In this document: positions 9,155 through 19,254 of the stretch, in pieces
Position numbering within the stretch: the stretch's first letter is position 1
Layout: each line of letters opens with the position of its first letter
From: a virus
Strand: one strand, 5' to 3'
Virus record (IMG/VR): IMGVR_UViG_3300022818_000051
Span: 1-64,000 of that record
DNA: 64,000 bases
Notes under the pieces: model-generated
What the model was told of the DNA's origin: nothing
The model's database searches: none
The model's input: only the letters and a program-made list of their open reading frames with translations
Translations under genes and position numbers: made by a program

Positions 9155-9622
9155 TTAAATAAATAAATCTTTATTCCAAATCAATGTTTTAAATTTTGTT
9201 TTCTTACAGTACTCCAGCACCCGCACGGGGTCTATCCAGCAATCTTCACCCTGTATGATTCGCTGGAATTGCTCAAGATTGTCCACAAATCCACCGCAAT
9301 CACCGACGTCAATTATAAATTCCGCCTGCTTTTTTATTCTCGCAACCTCATGTGTTTCGCCCGGGAACTTTAATTCCAAAGGTATAAGTCCTCGTCCGGG
9401 TTTTTCTTTATATATTAAATCCGAAGCACCGGGCATCAACCCCATAGAATCCTTCGTATTAACATCCTGACCCTCATTAAAAGTAGCCCAAAGCCTGCGG
9501 AAGTCTTTATACCAAATATTGCGATACCATAGAACGCACTCTACTTGCAACTTAGCCTCATATCTATGTGATGGCGGTCTCGGTCTTTTGCCCCATTTAT
9601 CAGGTTCTGGCTGTGTCCCCAT
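9155..9622 (-). CDS. VRR-NUC domain nuclease (Holliday junction resolvase-like)
   Basis: EAKLQ..CV.W, GLMPGASDL, LELK, Q..F. Confidence 0.8.
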   Translation of the reverse strand: MGTQPEPDKWGKRPRPPSHRYEAKLQVECVLWYRNIWYKDFRRLWATFNEGQDVNTKDSMGLMPGASDLIYKEKPGRGLIPLELKFPGETHEVARIKKQAEFIIDVGDCGGFVDNLEQFQRIIQGEDCWIDPVRVLEYCKKTKFKTLIWNKDLFI

Positions 9623-10304
9623 ATTCTATTTCCATCAGCAACTCAATAAAATGTATCGCCTTTTTTAAATCTTCCGCACCATTCTTGCTCTTATAGCGGC
9701 AGATATATTTTATTATAGACCCCTGCGCATACGACAAGCCGTTTTTCTGTATAAACTCTATCGGCTGTATCGGCATATCTTTGTAGTGAGTGCCTGCGAT
9801 TTGGGAGTGGAGCGGGGATAAAACACCACCTGCCTGTGCGAAGATTCTATCCGCCTCTTTCTTGTCGCTACCGTTTGTTCCCGTCACGTTCATATTGCTT
9901 TGGTCGATGGCGTATTGCAGGAGGTCGGATTCCTTAGATGTGAAATGTTTGCCAATCTCGATTTTTGCTTCGCACAGGGTATTAACCTTTTTAGATAAAT
10001 CTTCAAGTATTTCATTAGCCTTGCTTGTAAAACAGGTTTCCAAAACGCTCTCGATTATTTGCTCCATCAGCACAGGATATTCCATTTCTGGGTTCGCATC
10101 TTTTTCTTTCGGCGGATTATACACCCGCCAAGTATTACTGTTCGTTGCGGAAATCCAGCACCCGTGGATGTCGCCTATTTCATTATATTCGCACTTATTA
10201 GGATTTTTTATTATAGTGCCAGTATTCTCATCTGTAAATTCCACAACCAGCCCATTTTGTTTGCTCTCCATTTGTATCGGATATTTAATTTTTTCTTTTT
10301 TCAT
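9600..10304 (-). CDS. Protein with C-terminal DUF3310 domain
   Basis: QIAGTHYK..IQPIEFI..G.IIKYICRY..KNG.EDLKKA. Confidence 0.85.
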   Translation of the reverse strand: MKKEKIKYPIQMESKQNGLVVEFTDENTGTIIKNPNKCEYNEIGDIHGCWISATNSNTWRVYNPPKEKDANPEMEYPVLMEQIIESVLETCFTSKANEILEDLSKKVNTLCEAKIEIGKHFTSKESDLLQYAIDQSNMNVTGTNGSDKKEADRIFAQAGGVLSPLHSQIAGTHYKDMPIQPIEFIQKNGLSYAQGSIIKYICRYKSKNGAEDLKKAIHFIELLMEIEYGDTART

Positions 10305-10325
10305 AATTTTTTCTATTACAGGTTA

Positions 10326-11363
10326 TTATTTTTCTTCATTTGTCAAATTTTTTCCACCATCAGCCCTTTTTTGGATAATATATTCTATCATGTCAGCTAT
10401 GTCGTGCTTGGCTCCCGGGATGTAGCCTTCAGTAGTCTCCCACCAGCGAGGCACGGAGCATTCGGTAAATTTTTTCGACCATAGCGGCCATGCGTCGAAA
10501 TCGGCGATCAGGACTTCGCCACCTCTTAAATCTTCATGCCGCAAATTTGTCATACCGCCGCACGCCAGCCATATACCCCGACCTGCACCGTAGTATGCTC
10601 TTGCTAAAACAGCACTTTTTTCTGCCTCGACGATAAAAATCCGCTCCTCGTATTCCCTATGCTCTAATGTATTGCAGCCGTACAATGTCCGGGAGTTAAA
10701 ACCATCGTCTATTTTATAATGTCTGCGCCCCGTGTAGTCATGGTTTCGATGTCCGTCAGGATTATATAAAACCCTTTTGTCATACGCCACCAATCCCTCG
10801 GCATTTATATACCAAAAAATCGTAACTTCAGTATCCAAAAATCCTACAACTCCATCCGTCATTTTGGGGACTCTTGTTTTTACGCTGCCGACCCTATACA
10901 TATCCAATGTTGCCGCAGCACGCTCAGTACCTACCAACCCCGAAAGCCAGCGAGAAAAATTATCGCCATGTTGTTTTCTATACATTTCAGTATCTCTAAC
11001 TACGCTTTGGTAAACGTATTTTGTCGGTATTTCGGGGCGAAAGCGCTCTTCGGGAATAATAATATTTGATCTATCGAGATTCAATAGTTTTCGGTGAGCT
11101 TCGGCGTAATCTGCGCAGCCGCCATATTTTATCATCCACTGGTATAGTGGGATGCAATCTCCTCCGCATTCAACAATCATTATAACCGGTTGGATATCAC
11201 GGGTTAGAAATGCTGCCATTTTATCGCGTCTGGGACTAATCTCACCAGAGAGATACCGTGGTGCAAAATAGCGTGAACCTTTACGTGTTAAAGGGAAGCC
11301 CATGATTGTTTCAAGGGACTCGAAAACCCGGCGATAAGAAATTTCTGGATATGGTTGTTTCAT
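10326..11363 (-). CDS. DUF6371-like Toprim primase
   Basis: TIFWYI, LYG, IVEAEKSA, WLACGG, ADFD, DIAD. Confidence 0.75.
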   Translation of the reverse strand: MKQPYPEISYRRVFESLETIMGFPLTRKGSRYFAPRYLSGEISPRRDKMAAFLTRDIQPVIMIVECGGDCIPLYQWMIKYGGCADYAEAHRKLLNLDRSNIIIPEERFRPEIPTKYVYQSVVRDTEMYRKQHGDNFSRWLSGLVGTERAAATLDMYRVGSVKTRVPKMTDGVVGFLDTEVTIFWYINAEGLVAYDKRVLYNPDGHRNHDYTGRRHYKIDDGFNSRTLYGCNTLEHREYEERIFIVEAEKSAVLARAYYGAGRGIWLACGGMTNLRHEDLRGGEVLIADFDAWPLWSKKFTECSVPRWWETTEGYIPGAKHDIADMIEYIIQKRADGGKNLTNEEK

Positions 11364-11364
11364 T

Positions 11365-12150
11365 TTATTGAGCCTTTTTAAGCGGCGTGAATAACGCTTT
11401 ATTGTAATCCCATTTACGCTGATTAACTCTCGACATTACCAATCCATAGGAATTTCCAGTAATGATAGCCCACTGTTTAATTGTCTTATACTCCCCATTA
11501 TGTTCGTATAATATATTTCTGCCATATCCAATAGGCTCTGTAAGTGCCCTATTTATAGGCCACCCGCTCACTTGAATTCGCATATGAAGGGTTTTGTATG
11601 GTATATTTAATTTCTCAGACCATTGGGCAATAGTTAATGTTTCTCCGTTAAATGTTATCATTACATTAGAGTCTTGATTATTACTCTGCTCTTTTTGTGT
11701 AGACCATTTACAATTTTCTTTAAAATAACCATTTGAGTTGTCTATCCTATCAATAGAATATTCCTTGGATGGTCTTTTGCCCATATCTTCATAAAAATTT
11801 TCAAAAGAATGAAGCCATCTATCACAAACCGTTATGCCTTTATTGAGATAAGAGTTAACCCGATTACTATTTGGGTTGGAGCATCTATTTTTCATCATTG
11901 ACCATGTTTTGTATTCCAATGAATCCTTCATATTATGAGTCCTATTCCATGCGGCTCCTCGCTTTTGCTTATAGGTATGAATGCACCCTCTTGGCTCAAT
12001 TTGTATCTTGTTTAGAATAAATTCGCTTAATATTACCCCTAATCCACAAGTGCAGATACAGTTATAAGAGATGCGTCTTGGTGTGATTATCGCTTTTGAT
12101 GAAACATAAATTCCACCAATAGTTACACCTGTTAAATTTATTTTTTCCAT
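11365..12150 (-). CDS. Free-standing HNH homing endonuclease (start re-assigned to ATG at 12150)
   Basis: W..MKNRC, GITVCDRW, SIDRIDNSNGYFKENCKWST. Confidence 0.85.
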   Translation of the reverse strand: MEKINLTGVTIGGIYVSSKAIITPRRISYNCICTCGLGVILSEFILNKIQIEPRGCIHTYKQKRGAAWNRTHNMKDSLEYKTWSMMKNRCSNPNSNRVNSYLNKGITVCDRWLHSFENFYEDMGKRPSKEYSIDRIDNSNGYFKENCKWSTQKEQSNNQDSNVMITFNGETLTIAQWSEKLNIPYKTLHMRIQVSGWPINRALTEPIGYGRNILYEHNGEYKTIKQWAIITGNSYGLVMSRVNQRKWDYNKALFTPLKKAQ

Positions 12151-12263
12151 ATCAATAAAAATAGCCCAAATCAGAATCAATAGGGGTCGAAGTCTATGTC
12201 ATCCGAAAAGGGCTTTAAGAAGTTAATCGCATTATTTCGACCCGCAATTATTTGATAAAGGTA
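12151..12263 (-). promoter_or_regulatory. Promoter (-7 box TACCTTTA) plus structured 5' leader with two hairpins with complementary loops
   Basis: GGGTCGAA loop vs TTCGACCC loop; AGCCC/GGGCT stem followed by ATTTTTATT. Confidence 0.65.
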
Positions 12264-12295
12264 CAAAATCATTTTGACATACGCAATAGGTGTTG

Positions 12296-12625
12296 TCATT
12301 TCTTTTCTGTTTCCGCAAGTCGGTCATATTCAGCGATTAACAATGCCCCTGCGATCACTATTTCCCGTTTTCTGTCATCCATGCGAGGTTTCCACCACTT
12401 CATTTTCCAAGGCCAAAGTTTTGCGAATACATCTTCGTTATGCGAGAACATATCTTTTGGTAACGCATAACATGCCGCTGCAAGTGCCAGTTCCCCATTT
12501 GCATTCACGGTTAGGTCACTTGCTGTTGAGAATCCTTCCTCGACCACCTGCCTTTTACGCTCTGCCGCAAACAGTTCCACTGCTGGGCTAATTGCGGTTG
12601 ATGCAGTTATTTTTAGTTTAGTCAC
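12296..12625 (-). CDS. Conserved phage hypothetical protein
   Basis: ER.RQ...EG, ELA.AAACYA, WPW, AGALLIAE.DR pattern common in phages. Confidence 0.75.
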   Translation of the reverse strand: MTKLKITASTAISPAVELFAAERKRQVVEEGFSTASDLTVNANGELALAAACYALPKDMFSHNEDVFAKLWPWKMKWWKPRMDDRKREIVIAGALLIAEYDRLAETEKK

Positions 12626-12792
12626 TTCTTTGGTTTTTTAGCGATAACAGTTAAATGGATTCTTTCTGGAAATTGCGTTGTATCAACATTCACAATAGGG
12701 TTGATTACAATAAGGGTAGCTACATGCTCATTCTCATCATCGAAGGAGTCGAGAACCATGTCATCATTCTGCCAGCTTAGGATTGTTTTCAT
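12622..12792 (-). CDS. Hypothetical protein (56 aa, not in ORF track)
   Basis: MKTILSWQND...PKK*, 4-nt overlaps on both sides. Confidence 0.55.
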   Translation of the reverse strand: MKTILSWQNDDMVLDSFDDENEHVATLIVINPIVNVDTTQFPERIHLTVIAKKPKK

Positions 12793-13901
12793 TTGCGTTT
12801 TTTATAAACAGGTTTAATCTCCTTCTCGAAGAACTCTTCGGCTTCGGTGCGGGTATGGAAATAATTACCAAATTCAAACCTACGGTTATCATATTCGTCT
12901 AAACACTCACAAATACGAATTGGAATTCCTTGTGCATCCAATACATAATAGTGTTCGTTTCTGTCCACCCTGTTCAGCCCTATATTCTCCACACACTTCT
13001 TTTCGGCGTTCCATCGTTTGCCTTCTTTCTTTAGTACGGTGAGAAGAACCTGTTTTTCGGAATCATGCATGGGTCTAAAGGTATCCACAACACCACAGCA
13101 ACAGCCGACAGAAATGTTTTTACCAGATGGGGAATAACCAAATTTTTCGTGAATATAATCTGTATCAGTCTTTCCTCCCCAAATTATAAACCACATATTC
13201 CCTTGCGTATTTTTTTCACATGTGACGAAATCTCCCTCTTTCGGTTCCCATTTCTTTTCCTCTTTCTTTGTCAGCAGCAGCTTTTTTGCATTCCATTTGT
13301 AGCCAGCCGCGTTAAGTGATTCAAAGAATTCGCAGCGGTCAGCGTGGGTGGTGGGGTCAATATCCGAACACATACGTTTGCCCCCAATTACTATGCTATC
13401 TTTCCCATCCATATACAGGTTTCCAAACCCTGTTTTGAATGCGCCGTCAATGCCAGAATAAAGGAACGTAACTCTTCCATCAGGCTTGCTTTTCACCACT
13501 TCGCCGATTTTTGGTATATAGGGTATCTTTTCCATACGCCCATTATTTTCACTCCATTGCAGACCCGCCTTGTACATGGCGTCTGATAGTTGCAGTCGTT
13601 GGGTATCAGTAGCAGGTTGGTCTGTGCGCGGGAAGGATGTCCCTATATTGTTACTTTCCTTAATTCCTACTTCATTACCCAAGGACACGTGGTAGCATAG
13701 GCTCTCTTTCTCGCCCATATATTCACCTTCCAGAATAGATATAGCCCAGTCAGGCTTATCCCTAAATGGTACTTTCCATTCACTATACATTACATCTCCC
13801 GCCTTTGGCTCCCTATAGCTTATCACCACGTTCCCATTCTCTATGGTGGTTTTTGTCACCGCCCACCCCTTGTCGGGGGTTATTGTCATTTGTTTTTCCA
13901 T
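12789..13901 (-). CDS. Hypothetical protein with three tandem modules
   Basis: Repeated P.T......L...G..W motif (AGLQW, AGYKWNAKK, EGKRWNAEK). Confidence 0.75.
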   Translation of the reverse strand: MEKQMTITPDKGWAVTKTTIENGNVVISYREPKAGDVMYSEWKVPFRDKPDWAISILEGEYMGEKESLCYHVSLGNEVGIKESNNIGTSFPRTDQPATDTQRLQLSDAMYKAGLQWSENNGRMEKIPYIPKIGEVVKSKPDGRVTFLYSGIDGAFKTGFGNLYMDGKDSIVIGGKRMCSDIDPTTHADRCEFFESLNAAGYKWNAKKLLLTKKEEKKWEPKEGDFVTCEKNTQGNMWFIIWGGKTDTDYIHEKFGYSPSGKNISVGCCCGVVDTFRPMHDSEKQVLLTVLKKEGKRWNAEKKCVENIGLNRVDRNEHYYVLDAQGIPIRICECLDEYDNRRFEFGNYFHTRTEAEEFFEKEIKPVYKKRK

Positions 13902-14158
13902 TCTTGTTGTTGTTTTTTTATTTCGTTAATAAATCTTTCCACATCCACCCCGCAGTCCACGCCGCAGTCCGCAGTGAATTCGGCGAGGAACAGTTCACGG
14001 GGTATTTCATCGTCGTCGCCCACGCCATGTACGCCGTAGTCGCCGTATGTCAGCCAGTCCCAACCCGTGAATTCCGTGCAGCAGCAGACATGTACACCCG
14101 TCGCCCGCAGCCTCTCCCTTACCTCAGGGGTGTTTTTTCTTAGCAGCAGTTCTTTCAT
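13886..14158 (-). CDS. Hypothetical protein
   Basis: Coupled ORF. Confidence 0.6.
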   Translation of the reverse strand: MKELLLRKNTPEVRERLRATGVHVCCCTEFTGWDWLTYGDYGVHGVGDDDEIPRELFLAEFTADCGVDCGVDVERFINEIKKQQQEWKNK

Positions 14159-14655
14159 TTGTCCTTTATTCTTAGCGTTTTCACATCTATGCCCAGTCCT
14201 CTGGCAACCTCCTCCAGTGTTACTTCTACCATTTCGGGTTCGGCGGGGTCGGCAATTAGTCGCCAGCCTTTACTGAACATTTCATCGCAGGTATAGTTAT
14301 TTGTTGCTACGCCGTCACGCTCCCTGCACACCACGAGTTCCCCAGAGCGAAAGATTACCTCCCTTTCCAGCCCACGTTCCCTTATCTTATCCCCCACCTG
14401 CCAGTCCTTGTAGGTTTCGGGATTGGCTGACAGCAGGATGAAGTCGGTGACATCGTTTGCATTCATCTGCACCTCGCTTCCGTCGTCCACCAGCCATGAG
14501 TATTTATACCCCCTTCTGTCCGCACATCCATTCCCCTCTTTCCCGTTTTGGCACAGATAGACCCGTTCTTTCTCCACGGTTATTTTCCCCTCGCAGTATT
14601 TGCTCATAATTTTTGCGGTGTACTTCATTCCGTCACATTCAGTTAGTTTTTTCAT
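14155..14655 (-). CDS. Hypothetical protein
   Basis: 166-aa ORF, ends in EVTLEEVA..LG motif common in phage proteins. Confidence 0.7.
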   Translation of the reverse strand: MKKLTECDGMKYTAKIMSKYCEGKITVEKERVYLCQNGKEGNGCADRRGYKYSWLVDDGSEVQMNANDVTDFILLSANPETYKDWQVGDKIRERGLEREVIFRSGELVVCRERDGVATNNYTCDEMFSKGWRLIADPAEPEMVEVTLEEVARGLGIDVKTLRIKDK

Positions 14656-14667
14656 TTCGTTTAGTTT

Positions 14668-15012
14668 TTAGTAGTTAATCATAAATCTTATCAGTGTCAG
14701 TTGCCGTTTCATGTCGGCATATCCGTTTTCCTTCTCGTATGACTTTCGCAGCAGTATCACAGCACCTTCTGCCGTATCCCGTGGCGGGGAAAATCTGTTG
14801 TCGAGAATTTGTATCTTCTTCTTTATTCCAGTGCGCTCGTTTTTCAGCGTGTCTTCCGTGATGCCTTGCTCCATTAGGCGGATTGCGAGGGATAGTTGTT
14901 TGGCCTGCTTACGGGCGGTGCGGATTTCTTTTGCGGTGTGCTTCTGCTCTTTGTCCATGTGGGAGGTTAGCAGTCGGGTGTACTCGGACTTGAATTCGGT
15001 GAGTGGTTTCAT
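14668..15012 (-). CDS. Hypothetical helical protein
   Basis: ORF downstream of a TTTG-N20-TAACTTTA promoter-like sequence. Confidence 0.65.
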   Translation of the reverse strand: MKPLTEFKSEYTRLLTSHMDKEQKHTAKEIRTARKQAKQLSLAIRLMEQGITEDTLKNERTGIKKKIQILDNRFSPPRDTAEGAVILLRKSYEKENGYADMKRQLTLIRFMINY

Positions 15013-15082
15013 TTTGTTGTTTAGTTAATTGTTTTGTAAAGTTAGATGCTATTTACTTAATTGACAAATATTTTTGTATGTT

Positions 15083-15799
15083 TTATAACATAAAGAGTTT
15101 TTCAGTTGCCTTTTTGCTATCACCTCTTGAAACAGTTGTTGTCTGTTTTCCTTCCCATACACAAGTAAAGTCGGCTGGCGCAGAATACTCGCTTATAAAT
15201 ACCGTATGCCCCTCCTTGGCCTTAGCCCTGCACCATTCCCAAAATTTGGCATGGTCAAACCTATCCTTGTAGCCTGTTGTCCCAGAATACGGCGGGTCAC
15301 AATAAATAATGCAGGGTTTGGTAAAATGAAATTCGTTGTATGATTTATGGAAGAAATAAACTCCCTGCAATTTTTTAGCCTGATTAGAAATATCGGTAAA
15401 ACTGCGCCTGCTTTGTGTTTGTTCATTTAGGAGTTTCAATTCTTCATTGTCGGAAGTTCCCGCAACATCCCGCCTATATCCACCAAACCATTTGCCACCA
15501 AAACTCATTGCAAATCCAACGTATCCAGATAACGCCTTATCGCTGTCCTTGTTGAGTTTTATATAGTTATAATCCTCTTCTGTTATCATTTCCTTGGGCA
15601 GCCACCCCCTACTTAATTTATCGAACATGGCTATTAGGTATTCATTACTATCCGCCCCGATTCTATTTCCTGTGACCTTATCCAGCGAATTGCACCCGCC
15701 ACAAAAAGGCTCTACATACCACTGACCTTCCTTGCGGTCTTTTAGAATGATTGGCAGGATATACTTTGCGATACGGGTCTTTGAGCCGAGATATTTCAT
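15083..15799 (-). CDS. DNA adenine methyltransferase (Dam/D12 class); start re-assigned to MKYLGSK
   Basis: KYLGSK, YVEPFCGG, YCDPPY, ATEKLF. Confidence 0.92.
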   Translation of the reverse strand: MKYLGSKTRIAKYILPIILKDRKEGQWYVEPFCGGCNSLDKVTGNRIGADSNEYLIAMFDKLSRGWLPKEMITEEDYNYIKLNKDSDKALSGYVGFAMSFGGKWFGGYRRDVAGTSDNEELKLLNEQTQSRRSFTDISNQAKKLQGVYFFHKSYNEFHFTKPCIIYCDPPYSGTTGYKDRFDHAKFWEWCRAKAKEGHTVFISEYSAPADFTCVWEGKQTTTVSRGDSKKATEKLFML

Positions 15800-15818
15800 T
15801 TTTGGTGGGGTTGTTAAT

Positions 15819-16208
15819 TTAGTTATTATCTTCCGTGAGTTTATTATAGTCCACCACCAGCCTGTCCAGTTTGTCATCCGCCGTTGCGGTATATTCGTTC
15901 CAGTCCTCACCATTCATTATGCTCATCTTGTTATGTACGTCATACAATCTTTCGTCGCGGCATATATTTATTATCGCATTCAGCACCTCGCTCCTGACCT
16001 GATATTTGTTGTAGTTCCAAAACTTCGCTTCCGTAGCCATTATTAAGTATGATACATCAGACACCCATCCGTAGGCCTTGTCTTTTGCGATAAGCTTTTC
16101 CGCGTAACGCCGAATTCTTGCACTTATCACCCAATCCGTCAGTTCGCCTTCAATCATTTCCCGACCTATACATTTCTCGTAGGCCAGCATTTCTTTTGTC
16201 TTTTTCAT
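15819..16208 (-). CDS. Hypothetical protein
   Basis: 129-aa ORF in operon. Confidence 0.6.
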   Translation of the reverse strand: MKKTKEMLAYEKCIGREMIEGELTDWVISARIRRYAEKLIAKDKAYGWVSDVSYLIMATEAKFWNYNKYQVRSEVLNAIINICRDERLYDVHNKMSIMNGEDWNEYTATADDKLDRLVVDYNKLTEDNN

Positions 16209-16250
16209 AATTATATTGTTTATTTGGTTTATTGGTTAATCATCTCATTA

Positions 16251-17714
16251 TCAGAACGGCAGCGGCAGAGTTCCTGACACCACCCCTATCTTCACTTCTT
16301 CCGCGGGGTTGTCCTTATCATCCATTATATAGTACATATACCCACTGCTCGTCAGCTTATCTATACGCATCACTCGCTGGTATTCCATTCCTGCTTGACA
16401 GAGGTCTTCCTTGAGATTGTGGGCATTTTTGGCCTTCATGCCATTTTCCAGACAATAAGCCTGATATTCCGCTATTATTTCCTTTGCAAACTTTCTATAG
16501 GAATGTGTATTCACGGGACGTTTTTTATACCCATAATATCTTCTATCCTCCATGAATCCGAGCACACTGCTTCCTCCGACACGAGCCTCAGACTTCACCT
16601 GCTCCATCTTCGCCGAATAGGTGAATTTGCCTTCCCGTGCAAGAACCCTCTCACGCCCCTCCATTATCCAGTTTAGTATGCCCGAAGCCTCCGCCCGCAG
16701 TTTCATGCCAAGTGTCTGATCTTGCTCCGCTTCCGAGAATTGTCGGTCAAGGGATATTATCAGCAGCCGCCGCCAGTACCCATCCGATGAGTCCGTGGTT
16801 ACAGGTATCTTGTTTACGCACGCTGCGAATAGTGGCATATTCCTCGCCTCATATGGCTTGCCATATATTTGGCGCACCTTTATTGGTTGATGTGATACTA
16901 TCGGCTTGAATTTATCCCCCGCCAAGTCTGCATCGCCCATGTCTTCGGCGAAGTTCAGCAGCTTACCGTCTATTTCTGCGGCATAGTATTCAGCCCTTGG
17001 GTGTGTACATATCAGGGATAGGTCGCTTGAGCTACAGTTGTTTTGTCCGAGAACATATTTTAGTGTCCTCTCTATCACACTCTTTCCGTTACCCCCCTTG
17101 CCATACAGCATCAGGAACGCCTCTATGGATATGTTGTCCCTGTCTATGAACACACATCCCATGAATTCCTGTAGCACACGTATGCTGTCACCGTCATCTA
17201 TCACCTCGGTCAGGAATTTCCTCCACATTGGGCAGGTCGCAGCGGGGTCATACTCTGTGCGTATCGTTGTCATAGTCATCCATTCCTCACCTTTGTCGTG
17301 CATCTTCATATCATGGAGTGTCAGCACCCTGTTTTGGAAGTTGAGTATCTCCTTGCTTGGTGTGAATTTCTTTATACGGAAGCTCGCATTCAGCGCATCC
17401 AGTGTCTTTTGCGTAGAACCCACCCAGTAAACCTGTGCAGCACCTATCCTTAACAGCACCTCGGATATTATGCGTTTCAAGTCCTCTTTTTCCAGCGGCT
17501 TATAAGACATCTTGTCATACATATACATTATATTATAGTACATGCGGAATGTGCTTGCTGCAAACGCCTCCACAATACCGTATATCAGTGACGCCTCTAC
17601 AGCCTTCACCACGGTCTTATCGCTAACACCTATCTTGTTAAGGTTATGCTTCTCCGTATCTTGCAGAATGCGCTCAATCCCGTAATCAAGGGCTACAACT
17701 TCTTCATCTATCAT
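16251..17714 (-). CDS. P4/D5-family primase-associated SF3 helicase
   Basis: YDP.A.CP.W..FL, YGKGGNGKS, D.SDGYWRR, GILNW..EG. Confidence 0.9.
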   Translation of the reverse strand: MIDEEVVALDYGIERILQDTEKHNLNKIGVSDKTVVKAVEASLIYGIVEAFAASTFRMYYNIMYMYDKMSYKPLEKEDLKRIISEVLLRIGAAQVYWVGSTQKTLDALNASFRIKKFTPSKEILNFQNRVLTLHDMKMHDKGEEWMTMTTIRTEYDPAATCPMWRKFLTEVIDDGDSIRVLQEFMGCVFIDRDNISIEAFLMLYGKGGNGKSVIERTLKYVLGQNNCSSSDLSLICTHPRAEYYAAEIDGKLLNFAEDMGDADLAGDKFKPIVSHQPIKVRQIYGKPYEARNMPLFAACVNKIPVTTDSSDGYWRRLLIISLDRQFSEAEQDQTLGMKLRAEASGILNWIMEGRERVLAREGKFTYSAKMEQVKSEARVGGSSVLGFMEDRRYYGYKKRPVNTHSYRKFAKEIIAEYQAYCLENGMKAKNAHNLKEDLCQAGMEYQRVMRIDKLTSSGYMYYIMDDKDNPAEEVKIGVVSGTLPLPF

Positions 17715-17916
17715 CCCGTATGATTATTATGCCCTTTGCAAGACGATACCACTTCTGTCCACCCTCTTTTATCCGCTCCACCTTGCCTTTGCGCCTCCAG
17801 ATGCGTATGTTTGTCTCCGTGAACCCAGTCAGTTCAGCCATCTGTTGTATGGAATACCACGTGTTGCCGTCGGAAAGGACAAATCCCTTCGGTGGCTCAT
17901 TTATTTCCTTCTTCAT
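17704..17916 (-). CDS. Small helix-turn-helix DNA-binding protein (excisionase/MerR-like)
   Basis: YSIQQMAELTGFTETNIRIWRRKGK. Confidence 0.7.
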   Translation of the reverse strand: MKKEINEPPKGFVLSDGNTWYSIQQMAELTGFTETNIRIWRRKGKVERIKEGGQKWYRLAKGIIIIRDDR

Positions 17917-17960
17917 CCATTATTTTTAAATGTGAATAAACTATGCGTAAATTTGAACTA

Positions 17961-17968
17961 CAAAGATA
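17961..17968 (-). promoter_or_regulatory. Bacteroidota-type -7 promoter box (TATCTTTG) for replication operon
   Basis: Matches TAnnTTTG upstream of first leftward gene. Confidence 0.55.
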
Positions 17969-18124
17969 GTGATTGTTTTTCATAAAAAAAAACGTTTTAT
18001 CAAGAAGTTTTCAATTCTGATAAATTTGCCGCAGCGAAAACTATATTTATGGTCAGCACAGTTCAGCACAGTGTTGCCGTTATGTGTTATAAATCAGCAC
18101 AATATACTTTTTGATAAAAAAAAG

Positions 18125-18401
18125 TGTGGTAGTCTGTGGTAGCGTGTGGTAGTTGTATTTGTTAATAAATTGTTAAATATTGTGCCAATAGGTATGCTGT
18201 GATGCGGAATTTTGAGAGTGTGGTAGATGTGGTAGAAATTTTCGCAAAACTTTCCATGTGTGTGTGTGCGTGCATATGCGTAAATATATGCTACCACATC
18301 TACCACATCTACCACAAATGTGTATAATGCGTTCATTATCATGCTATTATAATATGTATATATGTATATATATTTACCACACATTTACCACACTTACCAC
18401 A
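18125..18401. repeat. Iteron cluster, putative replication origin: 5 x TGTGGTAG facing 6 x YTACCACA
   Basis: Copies at 18125,18135,18145,18219,18228 (+) and 18291,18300,18309,18374,18385,18394 (inverted), adjacent to P4/D5 helicase operon. Confidence 0.75.
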
Positions 18402-18742
18402 CTATTGGGTTTGATATGTTAATTAGATACCTATAAGTACCTGTAGCGGGGTATAGTATTTTTTACAGGGGTTGTAGGATATGGGTTTTTCTGAAAAAAA
18501 ATAAAAAAAATTTCAGGGTTAGACCCAGCAAAAAGAAGGATCAATTTTTAAAAAGGGGTGTCCCCTAATGATACCCTGTGTATGTCTGTGGCATGTTATA
18601 CACTAATAGTACGGTCAATACATTGATGGATAACAGGCATATTGTCCGGAATGGGCTAAAATAGGTCTAAAACAGTCATTCAGGACAGGGGCAAAAAATG
18701 TCAAAAGTTTCCTTATTAGGAAACATTTATATTAAAATCGGT

Positions 18743-18814
18743 CAACTTGTATATACAACTAAGCACTACAGCCCATCCTATGGCACATTTAATACCAACT
18801 TGTATATACAAGTG
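18743..18814. repeat. Two copies of palindromic CAACTTGTATATACAA
   Basis: Direct repeats at 18743 and 18797, core TTGTATATACAA is a perfect palindrome. Confidence 0.7.
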
Positions 18815-19254
18815 AAATGTTAAATGGTAACATTAAGTTAATAAACGGCAACCAGAATCTTAACAAAAGACACAATTACATAACGTCCAATGTTAATTAA
18901 CTGTTATCTAAACCTTATTATAACGTTTCAGGAATCGACTATACACACATATTTTTTGCAGTAATACGCAAATGTAAGTAATTGATTATAACATATATAA
19001 TACATTACATTGATGTATTACTATGTGTATTCTTAAAAATGACAAAAATAACAGGTCAGCACTGTTGTAAAAGTATGTTATATAACATGTTTTTGACCAT
19101 AAACATTATGTATCAATATGTTATAATGTTTATATAAAGTAATACTATAATAGGTGTATTAGTGTCTTAATACACTTATCAACCTGCTAAGGCATTCAAA
19201 ATGTTAAATAAGATGCAAAGTGCTGATAGATAGCAGTAACTGCAAAATGGGATA

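Noticed and set aside
6734-12150. HNH genes as group I intron ORFs
   Set aside because: Flanking genes appear complete rather than split and no intron core elements were recognised.
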